Source of the DNA: Mytilus trossulus
Taxonomy: Eukaryota
Length of the DNA stretch: 64,000 nt
Assembly: GCF_036588685.1 (NCBI RefSeq)
Contig: NC_086381.1
Location: forward strand, 56,978,001-57,042,000
Direction: 5' to 3'
Positions 26,704 to 39,338 of this stretch are shown here, piece after piece; position 1 is the first letter of the stretch; each line of letters starts with the position of its first letter. The notes beneath the pieces are model-generated. The model did not search any database. It saw nothing but the letters and a program-made list of their open reading frames with translations, and was not told where the DNA came from. The position numbers and the translations under genes were made by a program.

Positions 26704-29700
26704 CTAGTGTTGATGTGTATTGGATTTTGGTGGTACACCTCCACCTCCCGTTCTCTTTTTGATGCATTTCTTGTAGGAGCAGGTGTAGTTATCACAACAG
26801 TCATTATTAGATGTGCAATTTCTTCCTGTACATGTTTTGCAGAATCCAGATATGCAGCTATAACCATAACAGCATGCAAGATATGAGCAACTTGCATATC
26901 CACATGCAGGAGCTCTTTTCACCAGCCTAAAACAAAACAATACGTATTTGATAAAAGGTTTATAACAGTAGATCCTGTATGTTATAATTGGTGAATATCT
27001 GAGCATTTGGTAAGTAAGTTTTACCTGAAGAATGAACCATTCTGCAACGTTTATTACCATACGAGTTTGTGTTTATTATACGTCAAATAGTTATCAAAGG
27101 TACCAGGATTATAATTGAGTACACCAGACGCATGATTCGTCTACATAAGACAAAAACTGCTAAAATGTAAAATGCTAAACATATGCAATGCAATTAACAA
27201 TTAGCACCTAGCCTTACGTTTGTCCGAAACTGTACGTGCATATCTACTAGAAGTATACTTCGATAGTTTTATCTTTGTTCAATGAGAACGTATCTAGGAT
27301 ACAGCCTCTAAATTAAAATCTACTCAGTTATTTATAAATCATTACTTGTTGTAGTAATCTTTAGTTAAAAACTTCAAAATAGCCTTTCTTGTCTTGATGG
27401 ATGAACGCAATTTCTGAAATTATCAAAGTCAATATCAGAAATGTATGATTTCATTAACATGATTAATATATTATATAAAAGATCATTATATATTGTCGTA
27501 TAAGCATGATTAAGGTAGCACAATACAAAGATTTTTTTACTTCCAATTAATAACATTTGAAATGCTGTAACTTTCTTATGAATGCATGGAAAATAATAAA
27601 AGAGGTACATATAGATAGATAAAAGATTAATCTTTTAAATGAATGTAATATTTTTATTATGCAATCATTATGTATTCAATTATTATGTAATTAGTGGCAA
27701 AATCTGGGTAAGGTCACTTAAATGAATTTAGCTCTTTCATCTCTTTAACTTTACAGAAAATTTTAACGAAATCTTAATCAACACATCATGGGCTTCAAAA
27801 GGGTGTCTCAGATTGTCTCTATGGTATTCTATTCTCTCATAAATCTCCAATTAGTGAAACATCCTAACCACATAAAAGAAGATAATGTTTAATTAGGTGT
27901 AAAATTTGTTCTATACATTCTATCTGAAATCTGAGACACCCTTTTGTAGATAATGTCCATAGGAACAACATATACTTAAATCAAGCCTCTAGGGATACCT
28001 ATGCAGAAGCTAATTTCATTTGAAAGTGGAAATTTGGTGAAAAATATTTTAGACACCGTTAACATTATAATTGGTTACACAATTGTTGCATAATGCTAAC
28101 ATTGCATTAATTTGAAAGAGTAATCTGTTAGCTATCCAAAAATACCACTTTTATAAATTTTCAAGCATTATTAAGAAAGTTACAGCATTTTAAAACTTGG
28201 TAGTTGGAGTTATAAAATCTTTGTATTGTGCTACCTTAAGTCGTTATTTGTATTCATATTACTGAGGATATATTTATTTTCGTTGAAAAATTTGATTTCA
28301 TGTTTAGGCCAAAGGCTGCTAAAATCAAACCATATCCACGAAAATTGAAATTGGTATGCAAAGAATAATAATGAATACATGGTAATCAGGATGGATTATC
28401 GGAAATAAAGTATTCACTGTTTGCATGCGGTATGGAAGTAAAGTTAGCATGTGTTTGTCTTCAGAGAGTTTCAAAATAATTCTTCCTCGAGAGAATTTGT
28501 AACAGGTTACATTAACCAATTGCTATAAGGATTAGATTGAGCAATGATGATTGTTTAGATAATTTTTGAGGCAGGTTTTGAACCTGATCGTTGTTTTATT
28601 AATATGTTTGTTTTATCAAATTCAAATAATCGATAATAACTGTACAATACCGAAGAAAGGCGATAAGTATTTAAATTAAAATAGAACTCGTGAGTCAATC
28701 GTTCATCCTGACCATGTGCTCTGGTGTTTAATTCAACTTACGTATGTATATGCATGTTGTCTTTAATCATTCCGTCATTTGCCTTGTTGGCTAAAAGTAA
28801 AGTAATAATAATATGATTCGTCGTGCACGAATATACTGTCAATTGTTTCAAAGTCAACAAAATATATATGAAAGGTCATCATACATCGTCGTATTCAAAT
28901 TACTGTGGATTCATCTATTTTCGTGGGTATCAATCTTAAACACTTTAAAAATAAAAAAAATAATGATATCAATTCTAAGGTTAGTTCGCGTGCACAACAG
29001 TGTCATGGGAATAACATTGAGCATGTATGCTCTCAATTATACCAACACTTGTTTAAATATCCCAATATCAGTATTGAAACATTAAACATGTTCAAAAGTT
29101 ATATATTTGACAAAAATCGTCATATTCTTACTTCGTTTAATACAATAATACGCATTGTTACATTTACGTTAGTTTGTAATAAATATACCATATTTTTCAT
29201 CCTGCTTTTCCCGTTACACATGTGGATGTGCGATGTTACAGACATAAAGTAATTGTGTTGGAATTGAAGTAAATAATGTTTCGCCCCAATTTCTTAACAA
29301 TTGAAAGGTATAGAGTTCTAAACATCATCTGTGATCTTTTTGTAAATTATAAACCTTAAGCTAAATAAGCCAAACAAAATATGATTGTTATCAACATACA
29401 TGATAGAAAAAATTCCAAATTCTATTTTCTAATTTCATCACACCATCTTTCGACCCATATTAGATGTAGCTGATTTAAACAATATAGTCTATAAAACTAA
29501 TTAGATATATTAAAGTGGACAATACTAACTGCAATATGTCTCAAGTTAATAAGACAAAACAATAAATACCATTATCAATTTGTTTAATGTGTGCATGTCA
29601 GTTTGAATTACTATTTTTCAAAATTGAAATTATTCGTTTTTTATTGGATTTTGATACTTATTATGTCCTTTCTGTGACATTTTGATAAAACATTGTTGTC

Positions 29701-30196
29701 AATATCAAAATATTTTTACCGACTATCATTTAAATTAGAGGATAAGCTAGCTATACAATCAGGTTTGATCTACCTTTTTCTGCATGATGAAATGCCTGTT
29801 CGAAGTCAGGAATATTACAGTTGTTTTCCATTCGTTTTATGTGCTTTAGGTTTCAATTTTTCCATTTTTTAAAAGACTTTCGGTTTAGAATTTTCCCTCC
29901 AGTTCCGTATGTTTGTTATTTTACATGACGCTTCTTGGGTATTCAAGTTTTTGTACATCGATTGTTTTCGAATGCATGATTTCTTATGTTCCGTATCAAA
30001 GTATATATAGATAAGGATAACCACCGCACCACATTTTTAAAGTGTTATTATTTGAATCTAACGGTTTGTCTGGCTGATAAATGAACTAATGTAACAAATA
30101 AGAAATAAATCTTCATGTTAAGACTCGATATATTATTTTCCTACCTCCAATGGACACCAGCACCACTAAGATGACTGAACATATAGAGATCTTCAT
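26704..30196 (-). CDS. CRP-I-like secreted cysteine-rich pre-pro-peptide with two knottin-type modules, gene 1 (subtype A), 107 aa; coding exons 30196-30145, 28790-28742, 26926-26704
   Basis: GT/AG-bounded segments of 52+49+223 nt join in frame: MKISICSVILVVLVSIG-ANKANDGMIKDNMHIHT-LVKR-APACGYASCSYLACCYGYSCISGFCKTCTGRNCTSNNDCCDNYTCSYKKCIKKRTGGGGVPPKSNTHQH*. Hydrophobic signal, dibasic KR, 2x C-C-CC-C-C. Same exon sizes and phases in three paralogues. Family name is from recognition of the MgCRP-I architecture, not a search. Confidence 0.9.
27514..28235. mobile_element. Non-autonomous TTAA-target DNA transposon (Kolobok-like) in the last intron of gene 1
   Basis: TTAA|ggtagcacaatacaaagatttt ... 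aaaatctttgtattgtgctacc|TTAA. Confidence 0.75.
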
Positions 30197-30257
30197 TCTT
30201 CTTGTGTATACTCCGCTTGATACTACAACAATTTATGTGATTTTAAACCTAATTATA

Positions 30258-30900
30258 CAGTTGGGTGCAGACCAAGCATTACACGTAAACGGGCCTTAAA
30301 AGTTAACGCGGCGTTTACTCGCGTGCACTTCATGTAAACGCCGCGTTAACTCTGCGTTAACTCCGAAATTTAAGTAGACATAAATAGTAAACGGGCGTTT
30401 ACTTTCGCGTTTACCTCCACGTTAACGCAAAAACCGCGCGTCTTCTAATTTTGTAAAGAGTAAACGGGCGTTTACTTCGCGTTAACGCGAAAAAGGCGTG
30501 TCTTCCAATTTTAGATAATAAAGTAAACGCCCGTTTACTGTTTGTAGTAAACGCGCGTTAACGCAGATTGTCCTCGTATCCTGGATACACTGACCTAATA
30601 TATCACATGATAAGGTACATCAAAATATCCATCTGTCCATTTTCGATCAACATATTGACGATTGCATTTAATGAAATGACACCTCTTTAATTAATTTATT
30701 GAAAATTAATAATTGCATATAAGAACAAAATGGAAATTCGTTCTGGAACAGTTTACATTCGTGAGAGGATATTAAGTTTAAGAAGATCTGGCAAAAACAT
30801 TACTGGAGTTAGAGATGAGTTGATACGATCAGATAATGTTCAAGTTTCTAGACAGTGGATAAGTGCATTTCTACTTTCAATTTTTTTTTTCATTCACTCA
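30258..30900 (+). mobile_element. Truncated TA-target DNA transposon (left end plus N-terminal HTH-like ORF fragment) in intron 1 of gene 1
   Basis: ta|cagttgggtgca start, CpG-rich palindromic gtaaacg/cgtttac/gttaac motifs, ORF 30730 MEIRSGTVYIRERILSLRRSGKNITGVRDEL; absent from the gene 4 intron. Confidence 0.55.
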
Positions 30901-31242
30901 AAGCATAACTCAGTGTGATGTCAAGCTATATGTATAAAATTCCGTACTTCAGTGTTCATGTTATGTATTTAAAGTGTCATTATGACACATGCTTGATATG
31001 CACAACATGTCGACCAGTATTACGATAATTGAATAGTTAACTAAGTTAAAATTATCGAACACTTACGATGACTTATAATATTTTTTTTAGATTCGTATCA
31101 ACTGTTTATATAAGGATGCATGCTTGACACTTGTAATAGTTTTATAAAAAAACACGTAAACTCTATTTTAGTTACTTTCTTGTCTACTAAAACTAACCCT
31201 GTACTTAATTTCTTAACCTAATGTTAAAAACAATTAACTTAC

Positions 31243-31308
31243 GTAAATCAAAGCTACTTTGACTCTGTGTAATTCCTTCAAAAGATAATTTTGTTCGCAG
31301 CTTTTATA
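31243..31308 (-). promoter_or_regulatory. TATA box (TATAAAA, 31308-31302) and short non-coding exon 1 of gene 1 (donor GTAAGT after 31243)
   Basis: Minus strand TATAAAAGCTGCGAAC followed ~60 nt later by AC|GTAAGT; block conserved at 63326-63391 upstream of gene 4. Confidence 0.7.
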
Positions 31309-34300
31309 CAATTGTACAGGTTTGTGGTCAAATTAAGTTAAATTATGTTCCTGTTCGGTCGTTGTACTGATAGTTACGGATGAACACAACTGACAACTTC
31401 TAAATTTACTTTTGATACATTTCTTTTCTTTTATTTCTTTTGTTTTTTTTTACTGCGTATATTAAATAGTTTAACATAATTATAATTATTATATAATTGG
31501 AAGAAGATGGAATAATAAGTGTTTTGCTTATCACTCACTTTTCGAAAATCTACATCTTCACGTATCGAAGTAAATGCGATCATGTGTTTAAGTCAAAACA
31601 ATACCATCATACTAATAACAAGTATAACATGTTTTTTTATGCATTTACAGGATACATACAGTGATATTCCCCGTACACAGTGTATACAGTTAAACCCACA
31701 TATGGGCCAGTCACAATACATGCCGTTTCCAAAACCTTAGTTACCCATATATAACATATACTACACGCATATTTAACCCTTTAAAATTATATTCTTGCAC
31801 CAGCTATGTGTTAAGCATTAGTAATCATTCATATCTATTTAACACAAGATACTGAATGTAGCGGGGTAAAACATGTCACCGATATGTCAATCCGCCTACA
31901 AACCTATGACATTGGTGTATCAGTACAACAGAAGAACAAACTATCAAAATCTGTTGAAAAGGCTTATCTCATCAAATGGATACACATAGACAAACATATA
32001 TATATATGATTCTAATCTGCATTGTCCTGCATACGTGAAATGTTTTATAATTTGCAGTAACAATGATTTTCATGATAAAAGTATAAGCTAATTATTTGAA
32101 GTGTAAAACAGGGAATTTTAATTAAATACGTACCTCTGACATTCTTAGCTATTTTGTGAATTGCGATGAAGTTTCAAACAAATGTTTGTAATGCATCACT
32201 ATTTACTACCAAAACAAGAAAGAATCCGTCTAAATTTTATATAATGAATTGATTGATTGTTAGTTGCTTAACGTCCAGTTGCAAATATTTCATGCATATT
32301 CAGTACGATTATATAATTGATAGTTCACATAAACTATAACGCTGATTTGATGATTTTCATTTTGTTTCCTTTTCCGGTGTCGGCTCTACCAAACTCGGTC
32401 AATACATGTATGAAACATGTTACAGTGTCTGCAGTGATGCATTTTAGTTATTGTTCTTTTATTTTATAAACGGATTTTTTTTATTGTTGCGATTCTTTGG
32501 TCTTAGTTTCCGGTACCATTATGAATTGATATCTTTCCATATTCTTATTTGGATAACAACGGTTATAATCCAACTATCGTAATAACTATACTGTCTAACC
32601 ATCCGCTAATGTGACAAACTTATTAGACATGTTAGACTAAACACTCAAATAAGCTACTTGACGGATATGACATGCGGAACAACATAATCCGCCTTACATA
32701 ATCGCCTTAAATACAATTACTCCAGTAATTTGGCGGAGGTTCTAAGTTTTTTGTCTATTTTGTGTTAAGCAGACTGTTGTTTGTATTTTCGTCGTTGTTC
32801 GTGTTTTTAATCATGCCCCGTTGTAAGTCATTTTTCGACTGATGAGTTTAAATATCCCGTTTGATATCTGGTGTATTTAGTTAAAAAAAAAACGTTAACT
32901 GCATTCGTTTATATATAAATGATTTTGGATATTGGCTGTTAACATGTTAATGTGCGTATAAATTTTAAGTTAATTACATGTAGGATATCACATTAAATTT
33001 TTCTATGGTGGTGCAGTAAATAACGCAGATCACCTTAACTACCATCATGATATATTATACATACGTTTTAGCCTTTTATGTATTTTATATAATTCATTGT
33101 AAAATTGTCTTTTTTTTTGTTTTATATTAAATAAAATCTTTGACTTTTTTTCCAATTGATGTGTGCATCAACATATTCTCACATCTATATTGTAAGATAT
33201 TGTTTCTATCGATACTTTAATAGATATAAGTGTTGCTTGATTTAAGTATATAATAACATACGTACATTTGTATACTAAGTATCTTGCAATGACAAATATG
33301 AAACCATTATCATAAAGTAACATATTGACATGTGAACTTAGATGTATATCCGTAATAGACCGTATAATTTGATTCATGGTACATTTAACAATGATAAGGA
33401 CATGTCACATGATAATTCACAATTTTGAGCAGTCATTGTTTGTGCAATAACATGTGATTTCAAGTAAAATAGAAAATAAAATGTAGAAAAGAATAGGTTC
33501 AGAATATCAGTTTAACCATCATCAATTGTTATAAAGACACCACTGTTTCTGCCATTTTAAACGAACGCCAAGCTTTCAAATTTAACACTTTATGACTGTC
33601 AAAGATATGACAAGGAACAATAAATAGTAAACCGTTATAAATATCATTTGTTGATGTATATATATATAGAATAAAGGCCTTTTTGTTTTTGATACTGACT
33701 TTATCACGGGGAATATCAGGTGATCCCGAAGTCAGTATCAAAAACAAAAAGGCCTTTATTCTGTTTATCGTAATTTATCAAAATTGTTATAAAAAATTAA
33801 CAAACATCTGTTTTAATAAGCAAATATCTTTTGGCACTATTTTATTGCGTATTTTTATAATTAGTGCGTCGCCCATTCATTTGGCGCGTGACGTCAATCA
33901 AGTTTAAACTGCCTTGCTTACAAGACGGAAGAAGCTGTCGGAGATTTTTTGCAGAGAAAAATAAGATTTTATCCATTGAACGGTAATGTCATGCAACACA
34001 AGATGAATTTAAAGAAGAAGAGCATCACTGTAAATGAACATAGAAACCTTTATTCAGTAAATATCACGTTCAAATCCCACAATGCCTAATTTTCACTTTG
34101 AGTTGACCTACTTCCCCATCGGCATTTTTGCCTCCAAAATGTACACATGTGACATGTAGGGCGATAATATAAAGATAATTTATTTAAGAATTAGAAAATT
34201 TGCATTAAAAAATCAGACGAGAGGCAGACAGACTTCCCTTGTTATTGTTTGTATTTAAGAAAATGGCTTGCCACTATAGTGTATAGATTTCATTTTAAGT

Positions 34301-34500
34301 CTAATAAGGTCACTATTCAAAAAAGCAATGTTATTTTTAAACCACTGGAAAATATCATTATATAGATAGTCCCCCTCCCCCCTCACAAAAAAACACAATT
34401 TATGTTATTTCAGTGCAAATATGAATAAAAATAAACTTTCTTAACTTGAATTTCATTTTCAACAGAAATAATATTGGTCCCTAATTATAACACAATTTTT

Positions 34501-37500
34501 TTATTCATCATCACTGTCAGATTCAATAACAAATTTTCTCATGCGTTTCATAGGTTTGGAATAAGAAGAGTCATTTTCTTTGTCAGGTTGTGCCACTTGT
34601 GGGTTATGTCCAAAATACATATTGAAGGTTCCACCTTGAATTATAGTACCAGCAGGAAAAAGTTGATTATAGTTCATTTGGCTAGAATTTTTCATTTTCT
34701 GTTGAAAATTATTGTTACATGTATTTGTATTAAAAATTAAAAATTGTTTTATCTTGAATTGGAAGAAGAACAACAGTTTCATTTTCATTAGTTGCAGTAC
34801 ATGGTTTATTACAACTTAAGACAGGTCCAGTTTGTTGTTCATTTGGACAAGTTGGTTGTGCAGTGAGAGTTGACACAGTACTTTCATTGGTTGAAGTACA
34901 TGTAGATGATATATTTCGACTCAAGATGGACGACATTTTCTTTTGGTTCTTTAGACTGTTCTTTGCATAATTATTTAAGCTTTGCACCGACTTATGGCTA
35001 GTGTGTTGCTGTACTGAAGTTATCGGTACACCTTCATTCAAAAGTCTTGTAATTGCAGTTTTTCTGCCAGAATGATTGGTTAATTTCTTATTTTTTTCTA
35101 CATTTGATTTAGCCACAGCTTGTTTCATTAAATTTTTAAGGGATTTTTCACCCAAAGGTTGATTCTTGTACCTATGTTTTGCATTATCAGATTTGTTGAC
35201 ACCTAAATAGAAGGGTGAATCAGGTTGGCAGGTTTCTGTTGGTCTATTGCTACGATACTGAAAAAGAAGGAAGATTTATAAGTGGACATTCATTGATGCA
35301 TGAACATGTACATGTATATTACAGGTTATTATTGGTACATGTACATATAAGAGTAATACAATGCATATAAAGAATAATTTTACTGGTATTTTAGATTTTC
35401 TGTACTTGTCATAATTGTTATGATACACATAAATAACTTTTGCCGAATTATATCTTGTACACCTAATCCCTGTTTGTCAGCTATCTTTAATTGACCTGTC
35501 AAACTCGAAGCAACAATTACAATTATTTGATGACGCTTAATTGAAATTTTGATGTTTGTTAGACAATGATATGACAAGAAGGGATTTTTTTCTTATTTTT
35601 AATTTTTTTTTATACTGGGAGCAAAATTGTTTCTTTATTAGTGCTTGTTTTCAACTGTGAGTGTCACATCTTTCCAAATAAGGATAAGGTTTTTCGGCCA
35701 AACAAAAAAGTATAAGTGTTTACTGTTACATGCTGAAAAAAATAGGGTTGGTACTGATTTTTTTTTCGTTGAGACTATGTGAGCAAAGGTGTTATTATAA
35801 TAGTGATTTGAATCAAAAACAGTAAAAAATAAAATGGAAGGGGATAAAAATAAGGTTACGGTAAACACCTTTACATTTTTGGTCTGGGCTAAATCTATCA
35901 CAGATCTGCTAGTAATTGAAAAACAACAATGATAGTTTCCTCGTTTGAATTGTTTTACATTATCATATCGGGGTGTTTTATAGCTGACTATGCGGTATGG
36001 GATTTGCTCATTGTTGAAGGCCGAATTGTGACCTATAGTTAATAATTTCTGTGTCATTTGGTATGGTGTGGACAGTTGTCTAATTTGCAATCATACCTCA
36101 TCTCTTTTTTATAATGTATGAAAAGTGTGAAATTTAATCATTGTTTGTTTTCTAAATTTTCTTTTGGGTGCATAATTATTTAACATTGACTATAACTGGT
36201 TTTCACAAGTTTGTGTCAAATTTCTACAATTGTCAATTCTTCCTGGTTACTGTTTATGTGCTGCATTTATATTTGATTGTAATACTTCTCAATTACTGGA
36301 TAGATTGCAAATTTTCATCAAAGGAGTTATATGTTGATAACAAATGCAGTTTCAAATGTATTGGTTTGAATAAAAGGGCGTGGCAACAGGTCTTTTTCAT
36401 GTACAAGTAATTTCTATTTGATTTAAATTTGCTGTGTAATGGATATGTGATATTCATTGGATTTTTATTTTGTTTACTTGATGACTAGTTTTCTCATTTG
36501 TAATCACATAACATATATATTTTTTGTGTTATTGATATTTATGAATGTTTTTTTTTTATTTTTGTATGAATACCTTGGCAAATAAAATTTTTGTTGAAAT
36601 ATATTGATAATAATGACCTTTAGATATGTTGATATGTGACATTTCCTCTCATATTGGGGATTGCTCCAGGATTTTGGAGCATATGCTCTTGTATTTTTTG
36701 TATTTGAACCATCTCTTGTTTTAGTTAGTCTTTCATTGTAGGTTAAGCACTGGTTTTCATTTCTGTCAGTTTCCAGTTTTAAATCTCCCAACTTCAATTG
36801 TCTATGTTCGTGAAAACCACGTAGTCCGATATGAATAGTATTCATATACCAAATGGTACTTAACAAATTGTCCGGATCATCAGTACCAAAACCCCCTGAT
36901 CTGTACAATTCCTCCTCGTCTTCAGACTCCGAAGCTTCTGCAGCATTGGGACGGTTTTCAAGGCCTAGCTGTTTCAAATGCCTTTTTTTGGCGGTTAAGA
37001 AATCGATTTCTTGAATTAGTCATCCCTCATGATATCCAATGGATATTCTTTCATTTTTAGGTGTTTGTTGATCATTGACTGAAAGCCTTCAAGACTTCCA
37101 GGTTGATATTCTCTGTCAATTTCTTGAATGTCCTTATTGTCTTTTACTTTTACTTTTTTCCGAATACCTACAAAAAATTCGTGCAGGTACTGGTCTAACT
37201 CTTGCGGTTGCATCGTATGTATTTATCTAAATTCTGCTTTGACATTTATAAGATCTTGTTGGAAAGTTCTAACAGCTGAGTTCATTTTCCAAATGGTATT
37301 TAATTTTTCTCTTTGTTCAATAACAGTTGCCCTTTCATTTTCATCATTTGTAACAAATCTTCTGTGAAATTTTGCGTTTTATTCAGACATAACGTTGAGA
37401 TTTTCTTCGGATATATTGCTCAAAAACTTTTCAAAATCACAATTTGGTAGCTCTGAAATTTGTGTTGTAAAACTATCTTCAAGAAAATCTAGATCAGGTA

Positions 37501-37743
37501 TTTGTGGTATTTGTTGGAGTTGTAATGTTTGTGGCTGGGTTTCAGTTTCAGTAATATCGACTTCATTTTCTTTACTTTCATTTGGTTTTATTGGCGAGGG
37601 TGTTTTGGCTGGTTTAAAGGTGTAAAGGAGAAAAAAATAATTTGTGGTTGTGCATATTGAACATCAAATTGTGGAACTTCATAGTAATCTTCCAAGTATA
37701 ATGGGTCTAGATATTCGTTAAAGACGGCAGAGTAGGGATCCAT
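34501..37743 (-). pseudogene. Crypton tyrosine recombinase, two exons (37743-36618; 35257-34501), with stops and frameshifts
   Basis: ELDQYLHEFFVGIRK..EYQPGSL; GLRGFHEHRQL; ERLTKTRDG; YLK|YRSNRP..SPFYL; TNHSGRKT; HKSVQSLNNY; phase-0 GT-AG intron 36617-35258. Confidence 0.85.
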
Positions 37744-37748
37744 GTTTA

Positions 37749-39338
37749 AGAATAAGAATAAGAATAAGAATAAGAATTTTATTAGTTTGAAATCCAAACA
37801 ATAGGATTGTTACTAAAATACACAACAAAAAAAACAAACAAACAGGCATATTAAAATTACAAAACGATAGTCAATAAACAGTTACACTACAAACATGTAG
37901 CATTGAAAGAAAAACAAAAACATAGATTAATAGTATTAATTATAATACTATTTTTGACAGCATGCCTCCTGTTTAAAGTTATGTATTAAAATATTATGCT
38001 TATGTATGAAAAAATATGTTATAATATACATTACACAGTTCATATATTGACATTATAATTGTTTCTCTCATTATACATTTCACTTAATAATATGTAGTTA
38101 ACAACATGAACAATGATAAGTAAAATATCACATTCTTCGCAGGAAAATATAAAATCAAATTTATTTTCTTCACTCATGGAATTAAAACAGGGGACAATAT
38201 TAGAAATTTCAATAAACATTTTGATCCTAGTTTTATCAATTTCTGAACATGTAATGATGAAATGAAATTCATCTTCCAACTCTTTATGGCATAAAGGACA
38301 TATTCTATTTTCTAGAGCTGTTTTGTTGTATCTTCCACGTTCAACAGCCAACATACTATTACTTATTCTTATTTTAGCATATTTTTTTGTAACATTTTTA
38401 TCTAAATTCAATAAAAGGTACTTTTCTAGTTCATACTTAACTTTAAATTTTCTGTAGGTTCTTAGTTTATTTCCATTTATTGAATTATTATCATTAAAGA
38501 GACAATTTTTCCAAAATATAATGTAATTTTCATTGAGTTTCTTCACGACGGCTAATAGTAATCGTTTTTTAGAGAAGGTACATTAATTTTCCCAAACATG
38601 AGTGAAATTTAATTTTGAAAGTAGCATTTTAACTTTTGAAGCAAATCCATCATTTAACTGCTTGTTAGCTTTATAAACATTATATAATAAAGACTCATTT
38701 TCATTTGACTTTAAAATATGTAACCAAAATCCTATAGAAGACTTAAGGGCCTGTATACCAATAGGGTACATTCCCAATTCAGCTAATACAGCTGTATTTA
38801 CTGCCTTTGAATTAACATTTAGAAGACCTTTCGCAAATTTGATTTGGTGTTTTACTGATTCCATAGATAAATATTGAGATTCAAGAGTTTTGTTGTTCTT
38901 CACAATATTTAGCGACCATATCTCACTACAATACAGTAATATTGGACTAACACAAGAATTAAATAGTTTCATATGGGAAGAAACATCCATCTTATCTGAG
39001 TAGAGTATTTTTCTAATACAAAACAATGCCTTAGAAGCTTTTTTACATATGAGATTTACAGCATTAGTGAAAATTCCTGATGGCTTGAATAGTATACCTA
39101 AATATTCATATTCTGTGCAACATTCAATCAATTCATTATTCAATACAAACTGGTCTTTTGTAAGTTTTTTACCACTTTTATTAAATATCATTGTTTTTGT
39201 CTTGTCAAGATTGAGTCAAGTTCCATTTTTCACAATAAGTATTTAACTTGTTTAGACAATTTTGTAAACCTTCTGAGGATTCTGATATTAATACTAAGTC
39301 ATCAGCATATAAAAGACTAGACAATTTAATGTCATGTA
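37749..39338 (-). mobile_element. 5'-truncated non-LTR retrotransposon (RTE-X/L2-CR1-like ORF2 3' part)
   Basis: LLYADDLVL at ~39290-39315, YEYLG, C-terminal RICPLC..EDEFHF..C, AATAAA followed by (TTCTTA)n tail; 7-bp TSD atgttta. Confidence 0.85.

Noticed and set aside
26927-27060. N-termini given by the ORF track for the Cys-rich ORFs (also 42821-42855, 48141-48154, 59173-59213)
   Set aside because: Intronic sequence upstream of the conserved tttag acceptor
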